From Mytilus californianus (Eukaryota): DNA of 64,000 bases. Below, piece after piece: positions 28,010-39,694 of this stretch. Location of the stretch: positions 6,696,001 through 6,760,000 of the forward strand of contig NW_026262615.1 in assembly GCF_021869535.1 (NCBI RefSeq), in the 5' to 3' direction. The notes beneath the pieces were generated by a model, which saw only the letters and a list, made by a program, of their open reading frames with translations, was not told the DNA's origin and did not search any database. Both the position numbers and the translations under genes were made by a program. Numbering within the stretch: the stretch's first letter is position 1; each line of letters starts with the position of its first letter.

Positions 28010-28090
28010 AACACAAATTATTATAATTATAATTCTGTTTTCGAGAACAGACCTTCTGGTAAATTTATTAAGAAGTTACCCTGAAAAGTT
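28010..28090 (-). pseudogene. Last LRR module, with in-frame stops
   Basis: TTATAG|A ACT TTT CAG GGT AAC TTC TTA ATA AAT TTA CCA GAA GGT CTG TTC TCG AAA ACA GAA TTA TAA...TT|GTAAGC (81 bp). Confidence 0.75.
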
Positions 28091-29221
28091 CTATAAGAAA
28101 ATCAATAGTCATGAATGAAAATCTGAATTAGAACACTGTTGCTAAAATTACCAAAAATTCCAAATGCCGTTCTCCGTGTATTCAAAAGATAAATATATTT
28201 TTCTTAGAACTGATATTGCTTGAACAGCAATATTTGATTATTGAACGACATTAAAAGTTAAATAAAGAAGTACAAATGAATTGTGCGTAAACAATAAAAT
28301 GATGGTAAACCTGCTGCGTTGTTTGCACACAAGAATATTTTGAAGAACATCAGTTATATATGTGCATGATTAGATATGCAATACAATCTACCATATGATA
28401 AGGTAAACATGATAAGTCGTAGATAAACTTAAGACACTAATACTCAAATTATCAAAAAAATATAACAAAAATACTGAACTACAAGGCAAGTTCAAAAAGG
28501 GGAAGTCCATAAAATCAGACAAAATCAAACGCTATCAAACAATGGAATAATTAAAAACAACTGCCATTTTCCTGACTTGGAAGACAATCATGTATCATGA
28601 TTGAGTAAGAATATATTCAATCAAGACAATGGTTCTTGAATTACGCAAGATTTCAAAGGCTTACCTTGAAATATAGAATGAGATTAGGAGTAAAATGAGT
28701 ATGTACATTATAGATATAATTAATATTGAAGTCAAATGTCACATTCGTGGTTTGAAATCACCACTTCAGTGTTGACAGGCTTGTGATACAGTAGATAAAT
28801 AAGTTAGACTACCCGGTATCCCTTAAATGTATAGACGAACATCAACTATATATGATCGTTATAGGAATATGATAAAATAAAGGCTAAGGTGATAGTCATC
28901 ACACTTACAAAAGTCGAAGCTTTGTGTTCGATGATAACAGACCAACTGGTAAACTTACTTCTATGTAACAACTTGTTTAATCAAGACAATAATACTCAAA
29001 TTACCAAAAGGAACTCTAGGAGAAATTTTGAAATATTGAATACAATTAAAAGTTAAATAAGCATGTAAGAAAGATATGTTTTAGATAATAAAATGTTGAT
29101 AAACCTTCTGAGCTATTGGCACAGAAGAATATTGAAGAACACATGGTACATATGAATGAGGTTAAAAATTCCATCAATAATAGATAAGTTTAAGTCTGAT
29201 ATGAATATAAATTACACTAAC

Positions 29222-29293
29222 AAATATCTAAGATTTGTGTTGTTAGAAATCAGACCTTCTGGTAAAGTTACTAACTTTTTTTCGTGTAAATAC
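29222..29293 (-). CDS. Intact array LRR exon (72 bp), conserved Asn replaced by Lys
   Basis: CTTCCAG acceptor, GTTAGT donor, YLHEKKLVTLPEGLISNNTNLRY(L). Confidence 0.75.
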
Positions 29294-30018
29294 CTGGAAG
29301 GAATTCAAATATCTTCATTTTGTAAGAACATGTTAAATTAAAACACCAATACCGAACTTATCAGAGGTTACCAAATTCGATCTTCTTGTATTCAAAAGAT
29401 ATATTTTTCTTGAAACTGACATTGTTGATGCATTTTTATAATCTTTAACTGCAACCTTTAAATAATGAGTGACATTTAAAATAAGATTAAGTATGCACAA
29501 TTTTAAGGAAGTTTGCGAACAAAATGAAATGAAGATAGACCTTCTGAGTTGTCGTCACACGAGTATATTGAGGAACATCAGTTATATATGTACGTGGTTA
29601 TATAAACAACACAATCTTTAATAAAATAAAGTCTGTGATAAACATTTTTCACAATTACAATTTTTTTAACTTGGTGTTTGATGATAACATTCTAACTGGT
29701 AAACTTTCCTTGTTGTCTTTGGCTACAATTTTTTTTATTAAAATCAAGCATCTTAATTATGTAAGAACATATTCAATCAAGACAATTATATTCAAATTAC
29801 CAAAAGGAGTTGTAAGATTAATTTTGAAATATTGAATAACATTAAAAGTTAAATAAGAATATAAAAAGGAAGTTTTCATAGACAATAGAATGGAGATAAA
29901 CCTGTTGAGCTATTGGCACACATGTATATCAAAACCACAGGGTACATATGAACAAGGCTGATAAATCTACACAATAATAAATAATTTTAAGTCTGATATA
30001 AATATCAATTGCACGTAC

Positions 30019-30089
30019 AAATATTGAAGATTTGCATTAATATTAATAGACCTTCTGGTCAACTTTCTAAATTGTTATTCAGTAAATAT
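30019..30089 (-). pseudogene. LRR pseudo-exon, 71 bp with in-frame TGA
   Basis: AG and GT intact, but TTA>TGA and a 1-nt deletion. Confidence 0.8.
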
Positions 30090-30404
30090 CTAACAGAAAA
30101 TCAATGATCATGAACATACTTAATAAACCTACTCATATTCAAATTGCCAAACATTTCAAAGGTCTATATTCTGTTATTGAATGGATCAAATATATTTGTC
30201 ATCCACCTGATGTTGTTGATATAATTTTAATTGCTTAAAAATTCAACATTTACTATTGACATAATTAAAATAGAGTGATGACAAAACTGCTCAGTTCTCG
30301 GCACATAAGTATATTGAAAAACATCAGATATGTGTGTACATGATTATCTATATAATATCATCTAAAATAAAATAAAGTCCGAGATGAGCATAGTTCATAC
30401 TTAC

Positions 30405-30476
30405 AATGTATTAAGATTCGTGTTCGACAAAAACAGATCTTTTGGTAAACTTTCTAACATGTTATTAGTTAAATCT
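30405..30476 (-). CDS. Intact array LRR exon (72 bp)
   Basis: CTTCCAG acceptor, GTAAGT donor, DLTNNMLESLPKDLFLSNTNLNT(L). Confidence 0.88.
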
Positions 30477-32185
30477 CTGGAAGAAAATCAAGTATCATGA
30501 TTATGTAAGAACAGGTTACATTAAAGCACTGATACTGAACTTACCAAAGATTACCAATTTGATCTCCTTGTATTCAATGAGTGTATACTGGTGATAAACC
30601 TGCTGAGCTATTGACTAACAAGTATATTTAAACCCCTTCATATAGGAACATCATAAAAAATAATCCAATATAATATTTTAATAATAAGTGTAAGTCTGGC
30701 ATATTGAAGATTGGTGTTCAACATGTTCAATGTTAACTGACCTTCTGGTAAACTTTCTAACTTGTTATTCATTAAATAACTAATAGAAAATCAAGGATCA
30801 TTAACACACCCAATTTATCTTCATATATTCAAACTACCAAACATTTTAAAGCTTGATCTTGAGTTATTCAACCGATCAAATATATTTGTCTTCCACCTGA
30901 TATGATAGATAAAAAGGAATTCTAAGATTAATTTTGAAATATTGAATAACATTAAAAGTTAAATTGGCATATAAAAAGGAAGTCTGACATATTGAAGATT
31001 GGTGTTCAACATGTTCAATGTTAAATGACCTTCTGGTAAAATTTCTAACTTGTTACTCATTAAATAATTAATAGAAAATCAATGATCATGAAAATCCTTA
31101 ATTTATCTTCTTATATTTTCATTACCATACATTTTAAAGGTTGATCGTAAGTTATTCAATCGATCAAATATATTTGTCGTCCACCTGATATGATAGATAA
31201 AATTGGTATTGCTTTAAAATTCAAACATAAAAAAATGAACTGAATTAAAAAAGAATGATGGCAAAACTGCTGAGTTCTCAACACACAAGTATTTTGAAGA
31301 AAATCAGATATGTGTACGTGATTAATTATACAATATAATCTAAAACACAATTAAGTCCTAAGATGATCACAATTCATACATACAATGTTTTAATTTTTGT
31401 GTTGTTAGAAAACATATGAACGAGGTTAAGAATTCCACACACTATTAAATAAGTTTAGGTCTGATATAAATATCAATTACACTTAAAATTCTATAGGATT
31501 CATGTTGAACAGAAACAAATCTTCTGGTAAAGTTACTAACTTGTTATGCCTTAAAAATCTGGAAGAAAATCAAATATCTTGATTGTGTAGGAACATGTAA
31601 AATAAAAACACTGATACTAAACTTACCAAAGAATACCAATTTGATCTCCTTGTATTCAATAAGTTTATAATTGTGATAAACCGACTGAGCTATTGGCACA
31701 CAAGTATATTAAAACCCCTTTATATAGGATAGGAACATGATCAACAATAATCCAATATAACCTTTTAATAAGTTTAAGTCTGACATATTGAAGATTTGTG
31801 TTCAACATGATCAATGTTAACTGATCTTCTGGGAAGTTTTCTAACTTGTTATTCAGTAAATATCTAATAGAAAATTGATGATCATGAACATAGTTACTTA
31901 ATTAACCTACTTATATTCAAATTACCAAACATTTCAAAGGTTGATCTTCAGTTATTCAATGGATCAAATATATGTGTCATCAACCTGATATTGTTGATGT
32001 GATTTTCATTGCTTTAAAAATCAACATTATTGAACGAAATTAAAATAGAATGATGACAAAACTACTGAGTTCTCGGCACACAAGTATATGTAAGAACATC
32101 AGATGTATGTGTACGTGATTAGATATACAATTTAAATAATATAATATGTAAGAAAAAGTCTGAGATGAGCATAAATCATACTTAC

Positions 32186-32257
32186 AATCTTTCAAGTTTT
32201 GTGTTGCTAGAAAACAGACCTTCAGGTAAAGTTATTAACTTGTTCTGGCGTAAAAAT
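32186..32257 (-). CDS. Intact array LRR exon (72 bp)
   Basis: CTTTCAG acceptor, GTAAGT donor, FLRQNKLITLPEGLFSSNTKLER(L). Confidence 0.88.
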
Positions 32258-34021
32258 CTGAAAGGAAGTCAACTATCTTGATTTTGTAAGAACATGTTAA
32301 ATTAAAACACCGATACCGAATTTACCAGAGATTACCAAATTCGATCCCAGTGTATTGAAAAGATGAAATATATTTTTCTTCAAACTGACATTGTTGATGC
32401 ATTTTAATAAGCTTCAACTGCAATCTTTAATCAATGAGTGACATTGAAACTAACATTAAGTATGCACAAAGGAAGTTTGCCAATAAAATGAAATTAAGTT
32501 AGACCTTCTGAGTTGTCAACAGACAAGTATATTGAGGAATATCAGTTATATATGTACGTGATTATATAAACAACACAATCTTTCATAAAATAAAGTCTGT
32601 GATAAACATTATTCACAATTACTTGTAACTTGGTGTTTGATAATAACAGACTACCTGGTAAACTTTCCTTGTTGTCTTTGGTTACAATTTTGGAGTATAA
32701 TCAAGCATCTTAATTATGTAAGAACATATTCAATCAAGACAATTATATTCAAATTACCAAAAGGAATTCTAAGATTAATTTTGAAATATTGAATAACATT
32801 AAAAGTTAAATTAGCATATAAAAAGGAAGTCTGACATATTGAAGATTGGTGTTCAACATGTTCAATGTTAAATGACCTTCTGGTAAACTTTCTAACTTGT
32901 TACTCATTAAATAATTAATAGAAAATCAATGATCATGAAAATGCTTAATTTATCGTCTTATATTTACATTACCATACATTTTAAAGGTTGATCTTAAGTT
33001 ATTCAATCGATCAAATATATTTGTCGTCCACCTGATATGATAGATAAAGTTTGTATTGCTTTAAAATTTAACATAAAAAATGAACTTAATTAAAAAAGAA
33101 TGATGGCAAAACTGCTGAGATCTCAACACACAAGTATTTTGAAGAAAATCAAATATGTGTACGTGATTAAATATACAATATAATCTATAACACAATTAAG
33201 TCCTAAGATGATCACAATTCATACATACAATGTTTTAATTTGTGTGTTGTTAGAAAACATATGAACGAGGTTAAAAATTCCACACACTATTAAATAAGTT
33301 TAGGTCTGATATAAATATCAATTACACTTAAAATTCTATAGGATTCATGTTGAACAGAAACAAATCTTCTGGTAAAGTTATTAACTTGTTATGCCTTAAA
33401 AATCTGGAAAAAAAATCAAATATCTTGATTGTGTAGGAACATGTTAAATCAAAACACTGATACTTAACTTACCAAAGATTACCAATTTGATCTCCCTGTA
33501 TTCAATAAGTTTATCATTGTGATAAACCTGCTGAGCTATTGGCATACAAGTATATTAAAACCCCTTTATATAGGAACATGATTTGCAATAATTTAATATA
33601 ATCTTTTAATAAGTTTAAGTCTGACATATTGAAGATTGTGTTCAACAAGTTCAATCTTAACTGACCTTTTGGGAATTTTTTTAACTTGTTATTAAGTAAA
33701 TATCTAATAGAAAATCAATGATCATGAATATACTTAATTAACCTACTTAAATTCAAATTACAAAACATTTCAAAGGTTGAACTTCAGTTGTTCAATGGAT
33801 CAAATGTAATTGTGATCAACCTGATATTGTTGATGTAATTTTCATTGCTCTAAAATTCAACATTATTTAAGGAAATTAAAATAGAATGATGACAAAACTA
33901 CTGAGTTATCGGCACACAAGTATATGTAAGAACAGCAGATGTGTGTCTACGTGATTAGATATACAATTTAAATAATATAATATGTAAGAAAAAGTCTGAG
34001 ATGAGCATAAATCATACTTAC

Positions 34022-34093
34022 AATGTTTTAAGTTTAGTGTTGTTAGAAAACAGACCTTCTGGTAAAGTTACCAACGCGTTATTCTCTAAATCT
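34022..34093 (-). CDS. Intact array LRR exon (72 bp)
   Basis: CTTCCAG acceptor, GTAAGT donor, DLENNALVTLPEGLFSNNTKLKT(L). Confidence 0.88.
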
Positions 34094-34720
34094 CTGGAAG
34101 ACAATCAATTATCATGATTATATAAGAACATGTTACATTAAAGCACTAATTCTGAACTTACTAAAGATTATCAATCTGATCTCCTTGTATTCAATAATTC
34201 TATAATAGTGATAGACCTGCAGAGCTATTGGCACACAAGTATATTAAAACCCCTTTATATAGGATAGGAACATGATTTGCAATAATTTAATATAATCTTT
34301 TAATAAGATTAAGTCTGACATATTGAAGATTTGTGTTCAACATGATCAATGTTAACTGATCTTCTGGGAAGTTTTCTAACTTGTTATTCAGTAAAAATCT
34401 AATAGAAAATTGATGATCATGAACATAGTTAATTAATTAACCTACTTATATTCAAATTACCAAACATTTCAAAGGTTGATCTTCAGTTATTCAATGGATC
34501 AAATATATGTGTCATCAACCTGATATTGTTGATGTGATTTTCATTGCCTTAAAAATCAACATTATTTAACGAAATTAAAATAGAATAATGACAAAACTAC
34601 TGAGTTCTCGGCACACAAGTATATGTAAGAACAGCAGATGTGTGTGTACGTGATTAGATATACAGTTCAAATAATATAATATGTAACTTAAAGTCTGAGA
34701 TGAGCATAAATCATACTTAC

Positions 34721-34792
34721 AATCTTTCAAGTTTTGTGTTGCTAGAAAACAGACCTTCAGGTAAAGGTCCTAACTTGTTTTCGTATAAATAT
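34721..34792 (-). CDS. Intact array LRR exon (72 bp)
   Basis: CTTTCAG acceptor, GTAAGT donor, YLYENKLGPLPEGLFSSNTKLER(L). Confidence 0.88.
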
Positions 34793-35775
34793 CTGAAAGG
34801 AAGTCAAATATCTTGATTTTGTAAGAACATGTTAAATTAAAACACCGATACCGAATTTACCAGAGATTACCAAATTCGATCTCCGTGTATTGAAAAGATG
34901 AAATATATTTTTCTTCAAACTGACATTGTTGATGCATTTTTATAAGCTTCAACTGGAATCTTTAAACAATGAGTGGCATTGAAACTAACATTAAGTATGC
35001 ACAAAGGAAGTTTGCCAATAAAATGAAATTAAGGTAGACCTTCTGAGTTGTCAACAGACAAGTATATTGAGGAATATCAGTTATATATGTACGTGATTAT
35101 ATAAACAACACAATCTTTCATAAATAAAGTCGTGATAAACATTATTCACAATTACAATTCTTGTAACTTGGTGTTTGATGATAACAGACTATCTGGTAAA
35201 CTTTCCTTGTTGTCTTTGTTTACAATTTTGGAGTAAAATCAAGCATCTAAATTATGTAAGAACATATTAAATCATGACAATTATATTCAAATTACCACAA
35301 GGAATTCTAAGATTAATTTTGAAATATTGAATAACATTAAAAGTTAAATTAGCATACAAAAAGGAAGTCTGACATATTGAAGATTTGTGTTCAACATGTT
35401 CAATGTTAACTAACCTTCTGGGATGTTTTCTAACTTGTTATTCAGTAAATATCTAATAGAAAATTGATGATCATGAACATAGTTACTTAATTAACCTACT
35501 TATATTCAAATTACCAAACATTTCAAAGGTTGATCTTCAGTTATTCAATGGATCAAATATATTTATCATCAACCTGATATTGTTGATGTGATTTTCATTG
35601 CTTTAAAAATCAACATTATTTAACGAAATTTAAAATAGAATAATGACAAAACTACTGAGTTCTCGGCACACAAGTATATGTAAGAACAGCAGATGTGTGT
35701 GTACGTGATTAGATATACAGTTCAAATAATATAATATGTAACTTAAAGTCTGAGATGAGCATAAATCATACTTAC

Positions 35776-35847
35776 AATGTTTCAAGTTTTGTGTTGCTAG
35801 AAAACAGACCTTCAGGTAAAGTTACTAACTTGTTTCCGTATAAATAT
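35776..35847 (-). CDS. Intact array LRR exon (72 bp)
   Basis: CTTTCAG acceptor, GTAAGT donor, YLYGNKLVTLPEGLFSSNTKLET(L). Confidence 0.88.
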
Positions 35848-36212
35848 CTGAAAGGAAGTCAAATATCTTGATTTTGTAAGAACATGTTAAATTAAAACAC
35901 CGATACCGAATTTACCAGAGATTACCAAATTCGATCTCTGTGTATTGAAAAGATGAAATATATTTTTCTTCAAACTGACATTGTTGATGCATTTTAATAA
36001 GCTTCAACTGCAATCTTTAAACAATGAGTGACATTGAAACTAACATTAAGTATGCACAAAGGAAGTTTGCCAATAAAATGAAATTAAGGTAGACCTTCTG
36101 AGTTGTCAACAGACAAGTATATTCAGGAATATCAGTTATATATGTACGTGATTATATAAACAACACAATCTTTCATAAAATAAAGTCTGTGATAAACATT
36201 ATTCACAATTAC

Positions 36213-36284
36213 AATTCTTGTAACTTGGTGTTTGATGATAACAGACTATCTGGTAAACTTTCCTTGTTGTCTTTGGTTACAATT
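36213..36284 (-). pseudogene. LRR pseudo-exon with dead acceptor (TCCAA); copies at 35156, ~32623 and 29659
   Basis: Open frame IVTKDNKESLPDSLLSSNTKLQE with GTAATT donor; acceptor AG mutated to AA. Confidence 0.78.
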
Positions 36285-36927
36285 TTGGAGTATAATCAAG
36301 CATCTTAATTATGTAAGAACATATTCAATCAAGACAATTATATTCAAATTATCAAAAGGAATTCTAAGATTAATTTTGAAATATTGAATAACATTAAAAG
36401 TTAAATTAGCATATAAAAAGGAAGTCTGACATATTGAAGATTGGTGTTCAACATGTTCAATGTTAAATGACCTTCTGGTAAACTTTCTAACTTGTTACTC
36501 ATTAAATAATTAATAGAAAATCAATGATCATGAAAATCCTTAATTTATCTTCTTATATTTACATTACCATACATTTTAAAGGTTGATCTTAAGTTATTCA
36601 ATCGATCAAATATATTTGTCGTCCACCTGATATGATAGATATAATTTGTATTGCTTTAAAATTCAACATAAAAAAATGAACTAAATTAAAAAAGAATGAT
36701 GGCAAAACTGCTGAGTTCTCAACACACAAGTATTTTGAAGAAAATCAGATATGTGTACGTGATTAAATATACAATATAATCTATAGCACAATTAAGTCCT
36801 AAGATGATCACAATTCATACATACAATGTTTTAATTTTTGTTTTGTTAGAAAACATATGAACGAGGTTAAGAATTCCACACACTATTAAATAAGTTTAGG
36901 TCTGATATAAATATCAATTACACTTAA

Positions 36928-36999
36928 AATTCTATAGGATTCATGTTGAACAGAAACAAATCTTCTGGTAAAGTTACTAACTTGTTATGCCTTAAAAAT
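36928..36999 (-). pseudogene. LRR pseudo-exon with dead donor (TTAAGT); same lesion at 33332-33403 and 31487-31558
   Basis: Intact AG and open frame FLRHNKLVTLPEDLFLFNMNPIE, but the donor reads TTAAGT instead of GTAAGT. Confidence 0.8.
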
Positions 37000-37626
37000 C
37001 TGGAAGAAAATCAAATATCTTGATTGTGTAGGAACATGTTAAATCAAAACACTGATACTAAACTTACCAAAGAATACCAATTTGATCTCCTTGTATTCAA
37101 TAAGTTTATAATTGTGATAAACCTGCTGAGCTATTGGCTCACAAGTATATTAAAACCCCTTTATATAGGATAGGAACATGATTAACAATAATCCAATATA
37201 ACCTTTTAATAAGTTTAAGTCTGACATATTGAAGATTTGTGTTCAACATGATCAATGTTAACTGATCTTCTGGGAAGTTTTCTAACTTGTTATTCAGTAA
37301 ATATCTAATAGAAAATTGATGATCATGAACATAGTTACTTAATTAACCTACTTATATTCAAATTACCAAACATTTCAAAGGTTGATCTTCAGTTATTCAA
37401 TGGATCAAATATATGTGTCATCAACCTGATATTGTTGATGTGATTTTCATTGCTTTAAAAATCAACATTATTGAACGAAATTGAAATAGAATGATGACAA
37501 AACTACTGAGTTCTCGGCACACAAGTATATGTAAGAACAGCAGATGTATGTGTACGTGATTAGATATACAATTTAAATAATATAATATGTAAGAAAAAGT
37601 CTGAGATGAGCATAAATCATACTTAC

Positions 37627-37698
37627 AATTTTTCAAGTTTTGTGTTGCTAGAAAAAAGACCTTCTGGTAAAGTTATTAACTTGTTATCCGATAAATTT
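37627..37698 (-). CDS. Intact array LRR exon (72 bp)
   Basis: TTCCAG acceptor, GTAAGT donor, open frame NLSDNKLITLPEGLFSSNTKLEK(L). Confidence 0.88.
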
Positions 37699-38399
37699 CT
37701 GGAAGGAAATCAAATATCTTGATTATAGATCATTTAACACTAAAACACTGATACTGAACTTACCAAAGATTACCTACTTTGAACTCCATGTGTTCAATAG
37801 ATAAATAAATTTTTCTTTAAACTGACATTGTTGATGCAATTGTTTAAGCTTTACTGCCACCTTTAAATGTGAGCGGCATTTAAAGTAAGATTAGTATGCA
37901 CAAAGGAAGTTCTTTGGATACCAGAATATGTCTAATATACTTAATTAACCTACTTATATTCATATTACCAAACATTTCAAAGGTCTATCTTCAGTTATTC
38001 AGTGGATCAAATATATTTGTCATCTATACTCATAATTTATTAGACATTAAAATCATTTGATTGAACACCATAATAAGATTGATCGACATAATAATGGACT
38101 GGACTACATGTCAACTGTAAAACAAAACGAAATCCCGTCCAACATCTGAAAAAGGGAATGTTTAAAACATGCCTCATTAAAACTACCATACTCCAATGTA
38201 AATTCAAAAATTCATAAGATGTTCCGAGGAACCTTGTGTCTCGCGATTGCTGCTGTCAGTCTAAAAGTGTAATGATGACATAAAAAGTGATAGCCTAGTC
38301 AATTTAGCTCTAATATTACTCAACCTGCAATTAATTGCAACACAAGATTTGTTTAAGTGTAAATTAGAACATAGACTTGTACTAAAAACATATAATAAA

Positions 38400-39060
38400 A
38401 ATCTACATTATCATATTTTGAGGAAAAGGTTATTTTGGTGTGAAATATATGGTTTTTAGAGAACAAAAATACGGAAAACTGGAAAAAATTAAAAACAGTT
38501 ATTTATGGTTACATTTTGAGACTTATAGCTTGGTGAAGAAGATAGGACACTTTATTTTTTTAGTGTATTATGTAGCCCTTTATTTATCATTGTTCGTATT
38601 AAAGTAATTTTGAGGTGAAATGCGTGATTTAGAGAAAAAACGCTGAAAACTGAAAATGATGAAAATCTCAGTTGTTAATGGTTAAAATGTGTGAAATGTG
38701 ATCTTCAAAGACAGAACATACTATTTTATGCTTATTATGTGAAGTCCAATAGTTATTTATATTAATATTTGGGTAAATTTGACTGAAATTTATGTTTTTA
38801 GAGAGAAAAACCTCGAAAACTGAAAAAAAAGCTCGGTTATTGTTGTTAAAACTTTTGATGTGGGATCTTTATAGAAAATACGACATATTATATATTCTGT
38901 TTATATTATGAAGAAATGTAGTTATTAGTATTTAAAAATGGTAATTCTTGGGTAAAATGTGGTTTTTAGAGAAAAATTAAAATAGGAAAAAAATATTCAT
39001 GGTTGAAAGTTTTGAAATATGATCTTAATAGAAGATAGAAAATATTAGCTTATGTTTATA
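38400..39060. repeat. Degenerate ~170-bp tandem repeat, about 4 copies
   Basis: TTTTAGAGA..AAAA..GAAAACTG anchors near 38455, 38628, 38797 and 38963. Confidence 0.6.
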
Positions 39061-39089
39061 CATGTAACGTCACGGTACTCAAATTGCAC

Positions 39090-39694
39090 TGAGTACCCAA
39101 ATTGCACCTAATTAGCAAAAATAGTAGCGGAAGTCTTACAATGTTTTGTTAAGAGATTAAACAATTGGTATATTTATGATTTGACATTATGCACATCTTT
39201 CAATATAGCTAAATATGTTCAAATATACACAATACGTTCACTTTCACAGTATATTATCAACAGATGAAGCATCCACTGGAAAACCTTATTCTACGGAAAC
39301 TTTGCCATGCGGCATCCACAAAAAGTCAATTTTCAAAAATGAGTCATTTAAACTATGTAACAGGCATCCATTTCTATAAAAAAATTAATAGTAAGCAAGG
39401 AATGTTGTCAAATTGTTCCAGATTAAACTAAAAACCAGTTATTTGATTTTACGGAATGATATGAATTTTAACATGGATGCAATTTGGGTACTTCTCAGAA
39501 CATAATCCTGGATCGTTTGGAGGTTGGTTCAAACCCATTTTTATGATTAAAAATGAATTTAAAACTAAATTGGTCGAACTATATAATAAATAAGAATACA
39601 TGCCCTAAAAATAAACACAGAAAGGACACTTTTGACTGAATCATATATAAACGTAGGTTAAAAAACTGTCAAAATAGGTGCAATCTGGATACCC
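39090..39694. mobile_element. Probable MITE (TIR core GTACCCAAATTGCACC)
   Basis: GTACCCAAATTGCACC near 39093 and GGTGCAATCTGGATAC near 39678. Confidence 0.4.

Larger units (their letters stand above)
28010..38020 (-). repeat. Tandem array of ~30 LRR exon plus intron modules with a ~1.85-kb higher-order repeat; 7 intact and ~23 defective exons
   Basis: Anchor GACCTTCTGGTAAA (minus strand: LPEG) recurs every ~220-490 bp. Defective classes: donor deleted plus 9-nt insert (37226-37304, 35374-35452 with TAG, 34320-34398, 33626-33703, 31785-31863, 30701-30779); the same with acceptor AG>AA (36431-36509, 32836-32914, 30989-31067); donor GT>TT (36928-36999, 33332-33403, 31487-31558); 5'-truncated (~36825, ~33229, ~31384); acceptor AG>AA (36213-36284, 35156-35227, ~32623-32689, 29659-29730); unique lesions (30019-30089, ~28909-28975, 28010-28090, remnant ~37921-37931). 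Confidence 0.92.

Noticed and set aside
27800-38020. Array read as CRISPR-like or as a non-coding satellite
   Set aside because: Eukaryotic context with no cas genes; the repeats resolve into 72-bp phase 2-2 LRR exons with splice sites and introns.
38040-38190. Minus-strand MVVLMRHVLNIPFFRCWTGFRFVLQLTCSP... as the first exon of the LRR gene
   Set aside because: Ends in a stop with no phase-2 donor; a much better signal peptide plus LRRNT exon exists at 48103-48266.
39140-39208. 69-bp AG...GT segment resembling an LRR exon
   Set aside because: Two in-frame stops and lies inside a MITE-like element.
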